Shown: in pieces, positions 36,550 to 50,200 of the stretch
Numbering within the stretch: position 1 is the stretch's first letter
Layout: each line of letters begins with the position of its first letter
Assembly (NCBI GenBank): GCA_964016885.1
Contig: OZ024743.1
Coordinates: 132,866,001 to 132,930,000, forward strand
Origin: Eledone cirrhosa
Lineage: Eukaryota
Length of the DNA: 64,000 bases
Direction of reading: 5' to 3'
Made by a program: the position numbers and the translations under genes
The notes under the pieces: generated by a model
The model's input: the letters and a program-made list of their open reading frames with translations, nothing else
What the model was told of the DNA's origin: nothing
Databases searched by the model: none

Positions 36550-39500
36550 TGGTGCTTGGTGCTTGGTGTTTGGTGCTTGGTGCTTGGTGCTTGGTGTTTG
36601 GTGCTTGGTGTTTGGTGCTTGGTGTTTGGTGCTTGGTGCTTGGTGCTTGGTGTTTGGTGGTTGGTGCTTGGTGCTTGGTGTTAGGTGTTTGGTGCTTGGT
36701 GCTTGGTGTTTGGTGTTTGGTGCCTGGTGTTTGGTGTTTGGTGTTTGGTGTTTGGTGCTTGGTACTTGGTGCTTGGTGCTTGGTGTTAGGTGTTTGGTGC
36801 TTGGTGTTTGGTGTCTGGTTTTTGGTGTTTGGTGCTTGGTGATTGGTGCTTGGTGTTTGGTGCTTGGTGTTTGGTGTTTGGTGCTAGGTGCTTGGTGTTT
36901 GGTGCTTGGTGCTTGGTGTTTGTACTTGGTGCTTGGTGCTTGGTTCTTGGTGTTTGGTGCTTGGTGCTTGGTGTTTGGTGCTTGGTGCTTGGTGTTTGGT
37001 GCTTGGTGTTTGGTGCTTGGTGTTTGGTGCTTGGTGCTTGGTGCTTGGTGTTTGGTGCTTGGTGTTTGGTGCTTGGTGTTAGGTGTTTGGTGCTTGGTGC
37101 TTGGTGTTAGGTGTTTGGTGCTTGGTATTTGGTGCTTGGTGTTTGGTGCTTGGTGCTTGGTGCTTGGTGCTTGGTGTTTGGTGGTTGGTGTTTGGTGCTT
37201 GGTGTTAGGTGTTTGGTGCTTGGTGCTTGGTGTTTGGTGTTTGGTGCTTGGTGTTTGGTGTTTGGTGCTTGGTGTTTGGTGCTTTTTGCTTGGTGCTTGG
37301 TGCTTGGTGTTTGGTGCTTGGTTCTTGGTGTTTGGTGCTGGGTGCTTGGTGTTTGGTGTTTGGTGTTATATGCTTGGTGTTTGATGCTTGGTGCTTGGTC
37401 CTTGGTGTTTGGTGTTTGGTGCTTGGTGTTTGGTGCTTGGTGCTTGGTGTTTGGTGCTTGGTGCTTGGTGCTTGGTGTTTGGTGCTTGGTGCTTGGTGCT
37501 AGGTGTTTGGTGCTTGGTGCTTGGTGTTTGGTGTTTGGTGCTTGGTGTTTGGTGTTTGGTGTTTGGTGTTTGGTGCTTGGTACTTGGTGCTTGGTGCTTG
37601 GTGTTAGGTGTTTGGTGCTTGGTGTTTGGTGTCTGGTTTTTGGTGCTTGGTGCTTGGTGTTTGGTGCTTGCTGCTGGCTGCTTGGTGTTTGGTGCTTGGT
37701 GATTGGTGCTTGGTGTTTGGTGCTTGGTGTTTGGTGCTTGGTGCTTGGTGTTTGTACTTGGTGCTTGGTGCTTTGTGCTTGGTGTTTGGTGCTTGGTGTT
37801 TGGTGCTTGGTGCTTGGTGCTTGGTCCTTGGTGCTTGGTGTTTGGTGGTTGGTGTTTGGTGGTTGGTGTTAGGTGTTTGGTGCTTGGTGCTTGGTGCTTG
37901 GTCCTTGGTGCTTGGTGTTTGGTGGTTGGTGTTTGGTGGTTGGTGTTAGGTGTTTGGTGCTTGGTGCTTGGTGTTTGGTGTTTGGTGCTTGGTGTTTGGT
38001 GTTTGGTGCTTGGTGTTTGGTGCTTGGTACTTGGTGCTTGGTGCTTGGTGTTAGGTGTTTGGTTCTTGGTGTTTGGTGCTTGGTGTTTGGTGCTTGGTGC
38101 TTGGTGCTTGGTGCTTGGTGTTTGGTGGTTGGTGTTTGGTGCTTGGTGTTTGGTGCTTGGTGTTACGTGTTTGGTGCTTGGTGCTTGGTGTTTGGTGTTT
38201 GGTGCTTGGTGTTTGGTGTTTGGTGCTTGGTGTTTGGTGCTTTTTGCTTGGTGCTTGGTGCTTGGTGTTTGGTGCTGGGTGCTTGGTGCTTGGTGTTTGG
38301 TGTTATATGCTTGGTGTTTGATGCTTGGTGCTTGGTGCTTGGTGTTTGGTGTTTGGTGCTTGGTGCTTGGTGTTTGGTGCTTGGTGCTTGGTGTTTGGTG
38401 CTTGGTGCTTGGTGTTTGGTGCTTGGTGTTTGGTGCTTGGTGTTTGGTGCTTGGTCCTTGGTGCTTGGTGCTTGGTATTTGGTGCTTGGTGTTTGGTGCT
38501 TGGTGCTTGGTGCTTGGTGCTTGGTGCTTGGTGTTTGGTGGTTGGTGTTTGGTGCTTGGTGTTAGGTGTTTGGTGCTTGGTGCTTGGTGTTTGGTGCTTG
38601 GTGTTTGGTGTTTGGTGCTTGGTGTTTGGTGCTTGGTACTTGGTGCTTGGTGCTTGGTGTTAGGTGTTTGGTGTTTGGTGTTTGGTGCTTGGTGTTTGTT
38701 GGTTGGTGTTTGGTGCTTGGTGTTAGGTGTTTGGTGCTTGGTGCTTGGTGTTTGGTGTTTGGTGCTTGGTGTTTGGTGTTTGGTGCTTGGTTCTTGGTGT
38801 TTGGTGCTGGGTGCTTGGTGTTTGGTGTTTGGTGTTATATGCTTGGTGCTTGGTGCTTGGTGTTTGGTGTTTGGTGCTTGGTGTTTGATGCTTGGTGCTT
38901 GGTGCTTGGTGTTTGGTGCTTGGTGCTTGGTGCTTGGTGTTTGGTGCTTGGTGTTTGGTGCTTGGTGTTTGGTGCTTGGTGCTTGGTGCTTGGTGTTTGG
39001 TGGTTGGTGCTTGGTGCTTGGTGTTAGGTGTTTGGTGCTTGGTGCTTGGTGTTTGGTGTTTGGTGCTTGGTGTTTGGTGTTTGGTGTTTGGTGCTTGGTA
39101 CTTGGTGCTTGGTGCTTGGTGTTAGGTGTTTGGTGCTTGGTGTTTGGTGTCTGGTTTTTGGTGTTTGGTGCTTGGTGATTGGTGCTTGGTGTTTGGTGCT
39201 TGGTGTTTGGTGTTTGGTGCTAGGTGCTTGGTGTTTGGTGCTTGGTGCTTGGTGTTTGTACTTGGTGCTTGGTGCTTGGTTCTTGGTGTTTGGTGCTTGG
39301 TGCTTGGTGTTTGGTGCTTGGTGCTTGGTGTTTGGTGCTTGGTGTTTGGTGCTTGGTGTTTGGTGCTTGGTGCTTGGTGCTTGGTGTTTGGTGCTTGGTG
39401 TTTGGTGCTTGGTGTTAGGTGTTTGGTGCTTGGTGCTTGGTGTTAGGTGTTTGGTGCTTGGTATTTGGTGCTTGGTGTTTGGTGCTTGGTGCTTGGTGCT

Positions 39501-41270
39501 TGGTGCTTGGTGTTTGGTGGTTGGTGTTTGGTGCTTGGTGTTAGGTGTTTGGTGCTTGGTGCTTGGTGTTTGGTGTTTGGTGCTTGGTGTTTGGTGTTTG
39601 GTGCTTGGTGTTTGGGGCTTTTTGCTTGGTGCTTGGTGCTTGGTGTTTGGTGCTTGGTTCTTGGTGTTTGGTGATGGGTGCTTGGTGTTTGGTGTTTGGT
39701 GTTATATGCTTGGTGTTTGATGCTTGGTGCTTGGTGCTTGGTGTTTGGTGTTTGGTGCTTGGTGTTTGGTGCTTGGTGCTTGGTGTTTGGTGCTTGGTGC
39801 TTGGTGCTTGGTGTTTGGTGCTTGGTGCTTGGTGTTAGGTGTTTGGTGCTTGGTGCTTGGTGTTTGGTGTTTGGTGCTTGGTGTTTGGTGTTTGGTGTTT
39901 GGTGTTTGGTGCTTGGTACTTGGTGCTTGGTGCTTGGTGTTAGGTGTTTGGTGCTTGGTGTTTGGTGTCTGGTTTTTGGTGCTTGGTGCTTGGTGTTTGG
40001 TGCTTGCTGCTGGCTACTTGGTGTTTGGTGCTTGGTGATTGGTGCTTGGTGTTTGGTGCTTGGCGTTTGGTGTTTGGTGCTAGGTGCTTGGTGTTTGGTG
40101 CTTGGTGCTTGGTGTTTGTACTTGGTGCTTGGTGCTTGGTTCTTGGTGTTTGGTGCTTGGTGCTTGGTGTTTGGTGCTTGGTGCTTGGTGTTTGGTGCTT
40201 GGTGTTTGGTGCTTGGTGCTTGGTGTTTGGTGTTTGGTGCTTTGTGTTTGGTGTTTGGTGTTTGGTGTTTGGTGCTTGGTACTTGGTGCTTGGTGCTTGG
40301 TGTTAGGTGTTTGGTGCTTGGTGTTTGGTGTCTGGTTTTTGGTGCTTGGTGCTTGGTGCTTAGTGTTTGGTGCTTGGTGCTTAGTGTTTGGTGCTAGGTG
40401 CTTGGTGTTTGGTGCTTGGTGCTTGGTGTTTGGTGCCTGGTGCTTGGTGTTTGGTGTTTGGTGTTTGGTGCTTGGTGCTTGGTGTTTGGTGTTTGCTGTT
40501 TGCTGTTTGTTGTTTGGTGTTTGCTGTTTGGTGTTTGGTGTTTGCTGTTTGGTGTTTGGTGTTTGGTGATTGGTGTTTGCTGTTTGGTGTTTGGTGCTTG
40601 GTGTTTGGTGTTTGGTGCTTGGTGCTTGGTGTTTGGTGCTTGGTTCTTGGTGTTTGGTGCTGGGTGCTTGGTGTTTGGTGTTTGGTGTTATATGCTTGGT
40701 GTTTGATGCTTGGTGCTTGGTGCTTGGTGTTTGGTGTTTGGTGCTTGGTGTTTTGTGCTTGGTGCTTGGTGTTTGGTGCTTGGTGCTTGGTGCTTGGTGT
40801 TTGGTGCTTGGTGCTTGGTGTTAGGTGTTTGGTGCTTGGTGCTTGGTGTTTGGTGTTTGGTGCTTGGTGTTTGGTGTTTGGTGTTTGGTGTTTGGTGCTT
40901 GGTACTTGGTGCTTGGTGCTTGGTGTTAGGTGTTTGGTGCTTGGTGTTTGGTGTCTGGTTTTTGGTGCTTGGTGCTTGGTGTTTGGTGCTTGCTGCTGGC
41001 TACTTGGTGTTTGGTGCTTGGTGATTGGTGCTTGGTGTTTGGTGCTTGGTGTTTGGTGTTTGGTGCTAGGTGCTTGGTGTTTGGTGCTTGGTGCTTGGTG
41101 TTTGTACTTGGTGCTTGGTGCTTGGTTCTTGGTGTTTGGTGCTTGGTGCTTGGTGTTTGGTGCTTGGTGCTTGGTGTTTGATGCTTGGTGTTTGGTGCTT
41201 GGTGTTTGGTGCTTGGTGCTTGGTGCTTGGTGTTTGGTGCTTGGTGTTTGGTGCTTGGTGTTAGGTGTTT
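36550..41270 (+). repeat. 2336-bp duplication overlapped by a 986-bp duplication
   Basis: Offsets 2336 (36790/39126, 37111/39447, 37608/39944) and 986 (39724/40710, 39944/40930, 40084/41070; private marker GCTGGCTAC in both). Confidence 0.85.
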
Positions 41271-44200
41271 GGTGCTTGGTGCTTGGTGTTAGGTGTTTGG
41301 TGCTTGGTGTTTGGTGCTTGGTGTTTGGTGCTTGGTGCTTGGTGCTTGGTGCTTGGTGTTTGGTGGTTGGTGTTTGGTGCTTGGTGTTAGGTGTTTGGTG
41401 CTTGGTGCTTGGTGTTTGGTGTTTGGTGCTTGGTGTTTGGTGTTTGGTGCTTGGTGTTTGGTGCTTTTTGCTTGGTGCTTGGTGCTTGGTGTTTGGTGCT
41501 TGGTGCTTGGTGTTTGGTGCTGGGTGCTTGGTGTTTCGTGTTTGGTGTTATATGCTTGGTGTTTGATGCTTGGTGCTTGGTGCTTGGTGTTTGGTGTTTG
41601 GTGCTTGGTGTTTGATGCTTGGTGCTTGGTGCTTGGTGTTTGGTGCTTGGTGCTTGGTGTTTGGTGCTTGGTGCTTGGTGTTTGGTGCTTGGTGTTTGGT
41701 GCTTGGTGTTTGGTGCTTGGTGCTTGGTGCTTGGTGCTTGGTGTTTGGTGGTTGGTGCTTGGTGCTTGGTGTTAGGTGTTTGGTGCTTGGTGCTTGGTGT
41801 TTGGTGTTTGGTGCTTGGTGTTTGGTGTTTGGTGCTTGGTGTTTGGTGCTTGGTACTTGGTGCTTGGTGCTTGGTGTTAGGTGTTTCGTGCTTGGTGTTT
41901 GGTGTCTGGTTTTTGGTGCTTGGTGCTTAGTGTTTGGTGCTTGGTGCTTAGTGTTTGGTGCTAGGTGCTTGGTGTTTGGTGCTTGGTGCTTGGTGTTTGG
42001 TGCCTGGTGCTTGGTGTTTGGTGTTTGGTGTTTGGTGCTTGGTGCTTGGTGTTTGGTGTTTGCTGTTTGCTGTTTGTTGTTTGGTGTTTGCTGTTTGGTG
42101 TTTGGTGTTTGCTTTTTCGTGCTTGGTGTTTGATGCTTGGTGCTTGGTGCTTGGTGTTTGGTGCTTGGTGCTTGGTGTTTGGTGTTTGGTGCTTGGTGCT
42201 TGGTGTTTGGTGCTTGCTGCTGGCTGCTTGGTGTTTGGTGCTTGGTGATTGGTGCTTGGTGTTTGGTGCTTGGTGTTTGGTGTTTGGTGCTAGGTGCTTG
42301 GTGTTTGGTGCTTGGTGCTTGGTGTTTGTACTTGGTGCTTGGTGCTTGGTTCTTGGTGTTTGGTGCTTGGTGCTTGGTGTTTGGTGCTTGGTGCTTGGTG
42401 TTTGGTGCTTGGTGTTTGGTGCTTGGTGTTTGGTGTTTGGTGCTTGGTGCTTGGTGTTTGGTGCTTGGTGTTTGGTGCTTGGTGTTAGGTGTTTGGTGCT
42501 TGGTGCTTGGTGTTTGGTGTTTGGTGCTTGGCGTTTGGTGTTTGGTGTTATATGCTTGGTGTTTGATGCTTGGTGCTTGGTGCTTGGTGTTTGGTGCTTG
42601 GTGTTTGATGCTTGGTGCTTGGTGCTTGGTGTTTGGTGCTTGGTGCTTGGTGTTTGTACTTGGTGCTTGGTGCTTGGTTCTTGGTGTTTGGTGCTTGGTG
42701 CTTGGTGTTTGGTGTTTGGTGCTTGGTGTTTGGTGCTTGGTGTTTGGTGCTTGGTGCTTGGTGCTTAGTGCTTGGTGTTTGGTGCTTGGTGTTAGGTGTT
42801 TGGTGCTTGGTGCTTGGTGTTTGGTGTTTGGTGCTTGGTGTTTGGTGCTTGGTGTTTGGTGTTAGGTGTTTGGTGCTTGGTGTTTGGTGTTTGGTGCTTG
42901 GTGTTTGGTGCTTGGTGTTTGGTGCTTGGTGTTTGGTGCTTGGTACTTGGTGCTTGGTGCTTGGTGTTAGGTGTTTGGTGCTTGGTGCTTGGTGTTTGGT
43001 TTTTGGTGCTTGGTGCTTGGTGTTTGGTGTTTGGGGCTTGCTGCTGGCTGCTTGGTGTTTGATGCTTGGTGATTGGTGCTTGGTGTTTTGTGCTTGGTGT
43101 TTGGTGTTTGGTGTTTGGTGCTAGGTGCTTGGTGTTTGGTGCTTGGTGCTTGGTGCTTGGTGTTTGGTGTTTGGTGTTAGGTGCTTGATGCTTGGTGTTT
43201 GGTGCTTGGTGCTGGGTGGTTGGTGTTTAGTGCTTGGTGTTTGGTGCTGGGTGCTTGGTGTTTGGTGCTTGGTGCTTGGTCTTTGGTGCTTGGTGTTTGG
43301 TGTTTGGTGCTTGGTGCTTGGTGTTTGGTGCTTGGTGCTTGGTGTTTGGTGCTTGGTACTTAGTGTTTGGTGCTTGGTGCTTAGTGTTTGGTGCTAGGTG
43401 CTTGGTGTTTGGTGCTTGGTGCTTGGTGTTTGGTGCCTGGTGCTTGGTGTTTGGTGTTTGGTGTTTGGTGCTTGGTGCTTGGTGTTTGGTGTTTGCTGTT
43501 TACTGTTTGTTGTTTGGTGTTTGCTGTTTGGTGTTTGGTGTTTGCTTTTTGGTGCTTGGTGTTCGGTGCTTGGTGCTTGGTGTTTGGTGCTTGGTGTTCG
43601 GTGCTTGGTGCTTGGTGTTTGGTGCCTGGTGCTTGGTGCTTGGTGCTTGGTGTTTGGTGTTTGGTGCTTGGTGCTTGGAGTTTGGTGTTTGGTGCTTGGT
43701 GCTTGGTGTTTCGTGTTTCGTGTTTGGTTTTTGGTGCTTGGTGCTTGGTGCTTGGTCCTTGGTGTTTGGTGTTTGCTGCTTGGTGTTTGATGCTTGGTGC
43801 TTGGTGCTTGGTGTTTTGTGTTTGGTGCTTGGTGGTTGGTGTTTGGTGCTTGGTGCTTGGTGCTTGGTGTTTGTACTTGGTGATTGGTGTTTGGTTCTTG
43901 GTTCTTGGTGTTTGGTGTTTGGCGTTTGGTGTTTGGTGCTTGGTGCTTGGTGTTTGGTGCTTGGTGCTTGGTGTTTGGTGCCTGGTGCTTGGTGCTTGGT
44001 GTTTGGTGTTTGGTGCTTGGTGCTTGGTGCTTGGAGTTTGGTGTTTGGTGCTTGGTGCTTTTTTTTTTGTGTTTGGTGTTTGGTTTTTGGTGCTTGGTGC
44101 TTGGTCCTTGGTGTTTGGTGCTGGGTGCTTTGTGTTTGGTGCTTGGTGCTTGGTGTTTGGTGTTTGCTGCTTGGTGTTTGATGCTTGGTGCTTGGTGCTT

Positions 44201-47200
44201 GGTGTTTTGTGTTTGGTGCTTGGTTCTTGGTGTTTGGTGCTTGGTGCTTGGTACTTGGTGTTTGTACTTGGTGCTTGGTGCTTGGTGTTTGGTTCTTGGT
44301 TCTTGGTGTTTGGTACTTGGTGCTTCGTGCTTGATGTTTGGTGTTTGGTGCTTGGTGTTTGGTGCTTGGTGCTTGGTGCTTGGTGTTAGGTGTTTGGTGC
44401 TTGGTCCTTGGTGTTTGGTGCTTGGTGTTTGGTGTTTGCTGTTTGGTGTTTGGTGTTTGGTGTTTGGTGTTTGCTGTTTGGTGTCTGCTTTTTGGTTTTC
44501 AGTGTTTGCTGTATGGTGTTTGGTGTTTGCTGTTTGGTGTTTGGTCTTTGGTCCTTGGTGTTTGGTGCTTGGTGCTTGGTGTTTGGTGTTTGGTGCTTGG
44601 TGCTTGGTGTTTGGTGTTTGGTGCTTGGTGTTTGGTGTTTGGTGCTTGGTGTCTGGTGCTTGGTGTTTGGTTTTTGGTGCTTGGTGTTTGGTGTTTGGTG
44701 TTTGGTGTTTGGTGCTTGGTGCTTGGTGTTTGGTGTTTGGTGCTTGGTGTCTGGTGCTTGGTGTTTGGTGTTTGGTGCTTGGTGTTTGGTGTTTGGTGTT
44801 TGGTGCTTGGTGCTTGGTGCTTGGTGTTTGGTGTTTGGTGCTTGGTGTTTGGTGCTTGGTGCTGGGTGGTTGGTGTTTGGTGCTTGGTGTTTGGTGCTGG
44901 TTGCTTGGTGTTTGGTGCTGGGTGCTTGGTGTTTGGTGCTTGGTGCTTGGTCTTTGGTGCTTGGTGTTTGGTGCTTGGTGCTTGGTGCTTGGCGTTTGGT
45001 GGTTGGTGCTTGGTATTTGGTGCTTGGTGCTTAGTGTTTGGTTTTTGGTGCTTGGTGCTTGGTGTTTGGTGTTTGGTGCTTGCTGCTGGCTGCTTGGTGT
45101 TTGATGCATGGTGATTGGTGCTTGGTGTTTGGTGCTTGGTGTTTGGTGTTTGATGCTTGGTGCTTGGTGCTTGGTGTTTGGTGCTTGGTGCTTGGTGTTT
45201 GGTGCTTGGTGCTTGGTGTTTGGTGCTTGGTGTTTGGTGCTTGGTGCTTGGTGCTTGGTGATTGGTGTTTGGTGGTTGGTGCTTGGTGCTTGGTGTTAGG
45301 TGTTTGGTGCTTGGTGCTTGGTGTTTGGTGTTTGGTGCTTGGTGTTTGGTGTTTGGTGCTTGGTGTTTGGTGCTTGGTACTTGGTGCTTGGTGCTTGGTG
45401 TTAGGTGTTTGGTGCTTGGTGCTTGGTGTCTGGTTTTTGGTGCTTGGTGCTTGGTGTTTGGTGTGTGGTGCTTGCTGCTGGCTGCTTGGTGTTTGGTGCT
45501 TGGTGATTGGTGCTTGGTGTTTGGTGTTTGGTGTTTGGTGTTTGGTGCTTGGTGATTGGTGTTTGTACTTGGTGCTTGGTGCTTGGTTCTTGGTGTTTGG
45601 TGCTTGGTGCTTGGTGTTTGGTGTTATATGCTTGGTGTTTGATGCTTGGTGCTTGGTGCTTGGTGCTTGGTGTTTGGTGTTTGGTGTTTGATGCTTGGTG
45701 CTTGGTGTTTGGTGCTTGGTGCTTGGTGTTTGTACTTGGTGCTTGGTGCTTGGTGCTTGGTGTTTGGTGCTTGGTGCTTGGTGCTTGGTGCTTGGTGCTT
45801 GGTGTTTGGTGGTTGGTGTTTGGTGCTTGGTGTTAGGTGCTTGGTGCTTGGTGCTTGGTGTTTGGTGTTTGGTGCTTGGTGTTTGGTGTTTGGTGCTTGG
45901 TATTTGGTGCTTGGTACTTGGTGCTTGGTGCTTGGTGTTAGGTGTTTGGTGCTTGGTGTTTGGTGCTTGGTGTTTGGTGCTTGGTGCTTGGTGCTTGGTG
46001 CTTGGTGCTTGGTGTTTGGTGGTTGGTGTTTGGTGCTTGGTGTTTGGTGCTTGGTGTTAGGTGCTTGGTGATTGGTGCTTGGTGTTTGGTGTTTGGTGCT
46101 TGGTGTTTGGTGTTTGGTGCTTGGTGTTTGGTGCTTTTTGCTTGGTGCTTGGTGCTTGGTGTTTGGTGCTGGGTGCTTGGTGCTTGGTGTTTGGTGTTAT
46201 ATGCTTGGTGTTTGATGCTTGGTGCTTGGTGCTTGGTGTTTGGTGTTTGGTGCTTGGTGTTTGATGCTTGGTGCTTGGTGCTTGGTGTTTGGTGCTTGGT
46301 GCTTGGTGTTTGGTGCTTGGTGCTTGGTGTTTGGTGCTTGGTGTTTGGTGCTTGGTGTTTGGTGCTTGGTGCTTGGTGCTTGGGGCTTGGTGTTTGGTGG
46401 TTGGTGCTTGGTGCTTGGTGTTAGATGTTTGGTGCTTCGTGCTTGGTGTCTGGTTTTTGGTGCTTGGTGCTTGGTGTTTGGTGCTTGTTGCTGGCTGCTT
46501 GGTGTTTGGTGCTTGGTGATTGGTGCTTGGTGTTTGGTGCTTGGTGTTTGGTGTTTGGTGCTTAGTGTTTGTACTTGGTGTTTGGTGCTTGGTGTTTGGT
46601 GCTAGGTGCTTGGTGTTTGGTGCTTGGTGCTTGGTGTTTGGTGCCTGGTGCTTGGTGTTTGGTGTTTGGTGTTTGGTGCTTGGTGCTTGGTGTTTGGTGT
46701 TTGCTGTTTGCTGTTTGGTGTTTGTTGTTTGGTGTTTGTTGTTTGGTGTTTGCTGTTTGGTGCTTGGTGTTTGCTTTTTGGTGTTTGGTGTTTGATGTAT
46801 GTTGTTTGCTGTTTGGTGTTTGGTGTTTGGTGTTTGGTGCTTGGTGCTTGGTGTTTGGTGCTTGGTGCTTGGTGTTTGGTGCCTGGTGCTTGGTGTTTGG
46901 TGTTTGGTGCTTGGTGCTTGGAGTTTGGTGTTTGGTGCTTGGTGCTTGGTGTTTCGTGTTTCGTGTTTGGTGCTTGGTGCTTGGTGCTTGGTCCTTGGTG
47001 TTTGGTGCTGGGTGCATTGTGTTTGGTGCTTGGTGCTTGGTGCTTGGTGCTTGGTGTTTGGTGTTTGCTGCTTGGTGTTTGATGTTTGGTGCTTGGTGCT
47101 TGGTGTTTTGTGTTTGGTGCTTGGTGCTTGGTGCTTGGTGTTTGGTGCTTGGTGCTTGGTGCTTGGTGTTTTGTGTTTGGTGCTTGGTGCTTGGTGTTTG

Positions 47201-50200
47201 GTGCTTGGTGCTGGGTGGTTGGTGTTTGGTGCTTGGTGTTTGGTGCTGGGTGCTTGGTGTTTGGTGCTGGGTGCTTGGTGTTTGGTGCTTGGTGCTTGGA
47301 GTTTGGTGCTTGGTGCTGGGTGGTTGGTGTTTGGTGCTTGGTGTTTGGTGCTGGGTGCTTGGTGTTTGGTGCTGGGTGCTTGGTGTTTGGTGCTTGGTGC
47401 TTGGTCTTTGGTGCTTGGTGTTTGGTGCTTGGTGCTTGGTGCTTGGTGTTTGGTGCTTGGTGCTTGGTGTTTGGTGCTTGGTGCTTGGGGTTTGGTTTTT
47501 GGTGCTTGGTGCTTGGTGTTTGGTGTTTGGTGCTTGCTGCTGGCTGCTTGGTGTTTGATGCATGGTGATTGGTGCTTGGTGTTTGGTGCTTGGTGTTTGG
47601 TGTTTGATGCTTGGTGCTTGGTGCTTGGTGTTTGGTGCTTGGTGCTTGGTGTTTGGTGCTTGGTGCTTGGTGTTTGTACTTGGTGCTTGGTGCTTGGTTC
47701 TTGGTGTTTGGTGCTTGGTGCTTGGTGTTTGGTGCTTGGTGCTTGGTGTTTGGTGCTTGGTGTTTGGTGCTTGGTGCTTGGTGTTTGGTGTTTGGTGCTT
47801 TGTGTTTGGTGTTTGGTGTTTGGTGTTTGGTGCTTGGTACTTGGTGCTTGGTGCTTGGTGTTAGGTGTTTGGTGCTTGGTGTTTGGTGTCTGGTTTTTGG
47901 TGCTTGGTGCTTGGTGCTTAGTGTTTGGTGCTTGGTGCTTAGTGTTTGGTGCTAGGTGCTTGGTGTTTGGTGCTTGGTGCTTGGTGTTTGGTGCCTGGTG
48001 CTTGGTGTTTGGTGTTTGGTGTTTGGTGCTTGGTGCTTGGTGTTTGGTGTTTGCTGTTTGCTGTTTGTTGTTTGGTGTTTGCTGTTTGGTGTTTGGTGTT
48101 TGCTGTTTGGTGTTTGGTGTTTGGTGATTGGTGTTTGCTGTTTGGTGTTTGGTGCTTGGTGTTTGGTGTTTGGTGCTTGGTGCTTGGTGTTTGGTGCTTG
48201 GTTCTTGGTGTTTGGTGCTGGGTGCTTGGTGTTTGGTGTTTGGTGTTATATGCTTGGTGTTTGATGCTTGGTGCTTGGTGCTTGGTGTTTGGTGTTTGGT
48301 GCTTGGTGTTTTGTGCTTGGTGCTTGGTGTTTGGTGCTTGGTGCTTGGTGCTTGGTGTTTGGTGCTTGGTGCTTGGTGTTAGGTGTTTGGTGCTTGGTGC
48401 TTGGTGTTTGGTGTTTGGTGCTTGGTGTTTGGTGTTTGGTGTTTGGTGTTTGGTGCTTGGTACTTGGTGCTTGGTGCTTGGTGTTAGGTGTTTGGTGCTT
48501 GGTGTTTGGTGTCTGGTTTTTGGTGCTTGGTGCTTGGTGTTTGGTGCTTGCTGCTGGCTACTTGGTGTTTGGTGCTTGGTGATTGGTGCTTGGTGTTTGG
48601 TGCTTGGTGTTTGGTGTTTGGTGCTAGGTGCTTGGTGTTTGGTGCTTGGTGCTTGGTGTTTGTACTTGGTGCTTGGTGCTTGGTTCTTGGTGTTTGGTGC
48701 TTGGTGCTTGGTGTTTGGTGCTTGGTGCTTGGTGTTTGATGCTTGGTGTTTGGTGCTTGGTGTTTGGTGCTTGGTGCTTGGTGCTTGGTGTTTGGTGCTT
48801 GGTGTTTGGTGCTTGGTGTTAGGTGTTTGGTGCTTGGTGCTTGGTGTTAGGTGTTTGGTGCTTGGTGTTTGGTGCTTGGTGTTTGGTGCTTGGTGCTTGG
48901 TGCTTGGTGCTTGGTGTTTGGTGGTTGGTGTTTGGTGCTTGGTGTTAGGTGTTTGGTGCTTGGTGCTTGGTGTTTGGTGTTTGGTGCTTGGTGTTTGGTG
49001 TTTGGTGCTTGGTGTTTGGTGCTTTTTGCTTGGTGCTTGGTGCTTGGTGTTTGGTGCTTGGTGCTTGGTGTTTGGTGCTGGGTGCTTGGTGTTTCGTGTT
49101 TGGTGTTATATGCTTGGTGTTTGATGCTTGGTGCTTGGTGCTTGGTGTTTGGTGTTTGGTGCTTGGTGTTTGATGCTTGGTGCTTGGTGCTTGGTGTTTG
49201 GTGCTTGGTGCTTGGTGTTTGGTGCTTGGTGCTTGGTGTTTGGTGCTTGGTGTTTGGTGCTTGGTGTTTGGTGCTTGGTGCTTGGTGCTTGGTGCTTGGT
49301 GTTTGGTGGTTGGTGCTTGGTGCTTGGTGTTAGGTGTTTGGTGCTTGGTGCTTGGTGTTTGGTGTTTGGTGCTTGGTGTTTGGTGTTTGGTGCTTGGTGT
49401 TTGGTGCTTGGTACTTGGTGCTTGGTGCTTGGTGTTAGGTGTTTCGTGCTTGGTGTTTGGTGTCTGGTTTTTGGTGCTTGGTGCTTAGTGTTTGGTGCTT
49501 GGTGCTTAGTGTTTGGTGCTAGGTGCTTGGTGTTTGGTGCTTGGTGCTTGGTGTTTGGTGCCTGGTGCTTGGTGTTTGGTGTTTGGTGTTTGGTGCTTGG
49601 TGCTTGGTGTTTGGTGTTTGCTGTTTGCTGTTTGTTGTTTGGTGTTTGCTGTTTGGTGTTTGGTGTTTGCTTTTTCGTGCTTGGTGTTTGATGCTTGGTG
49701 CTTGGTGCTTGGTGTTTGGTGCTTGGTGCTTGGTGTTTGGTGTTTGGTGCTTGGTGCTTGGTGTTTGGTGCTTGCTGCTGGCTGCTTGGTGTTTGGTGCT
49801 TGGTGATTGGTGCTTGGTGTTTGGTGCTTGGTGTTTGGTGTTTGGTGCTAGGTGCTTGGTGTTTGGTGCTTGGTGCTTGGTGTTTGTACTTGGTGCTTGG
49901 TGCTTGGTTCTTGGTGTTTGGTGCTTGGTGCTTGGTGTTTGGTGCTTGGTGCTTGGTGTTTGGTGCTTGGTGTTTGGTGCTTGGTGTTTGGTGTTTGGTG
50001 CTTGGTGCTTGGTGTTTGGTGCTTGGTGTTTGGTGCTTGGTGTTAGGTGTTTGGTGCTTGGTGCTTGGTGTTTGGTGTTTGGTGCTTGGCGTTTGGTGTT
50101 TGGTGTTATATGCTTGGTGTTTGATGCTTGGTGCTTGGTGCTTGGTGTTTGGTGCTTGGTGTTTGATGCTTGGTGCTTGGTGCTTGGTGTTTGGTGCTTG

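Noticed and set aside
44059-44068. T10 as a terminator or retroelement poly(A) tail
   Set aside because: No hairpin, element body or target-site duplication; the run is in register with the satellite.
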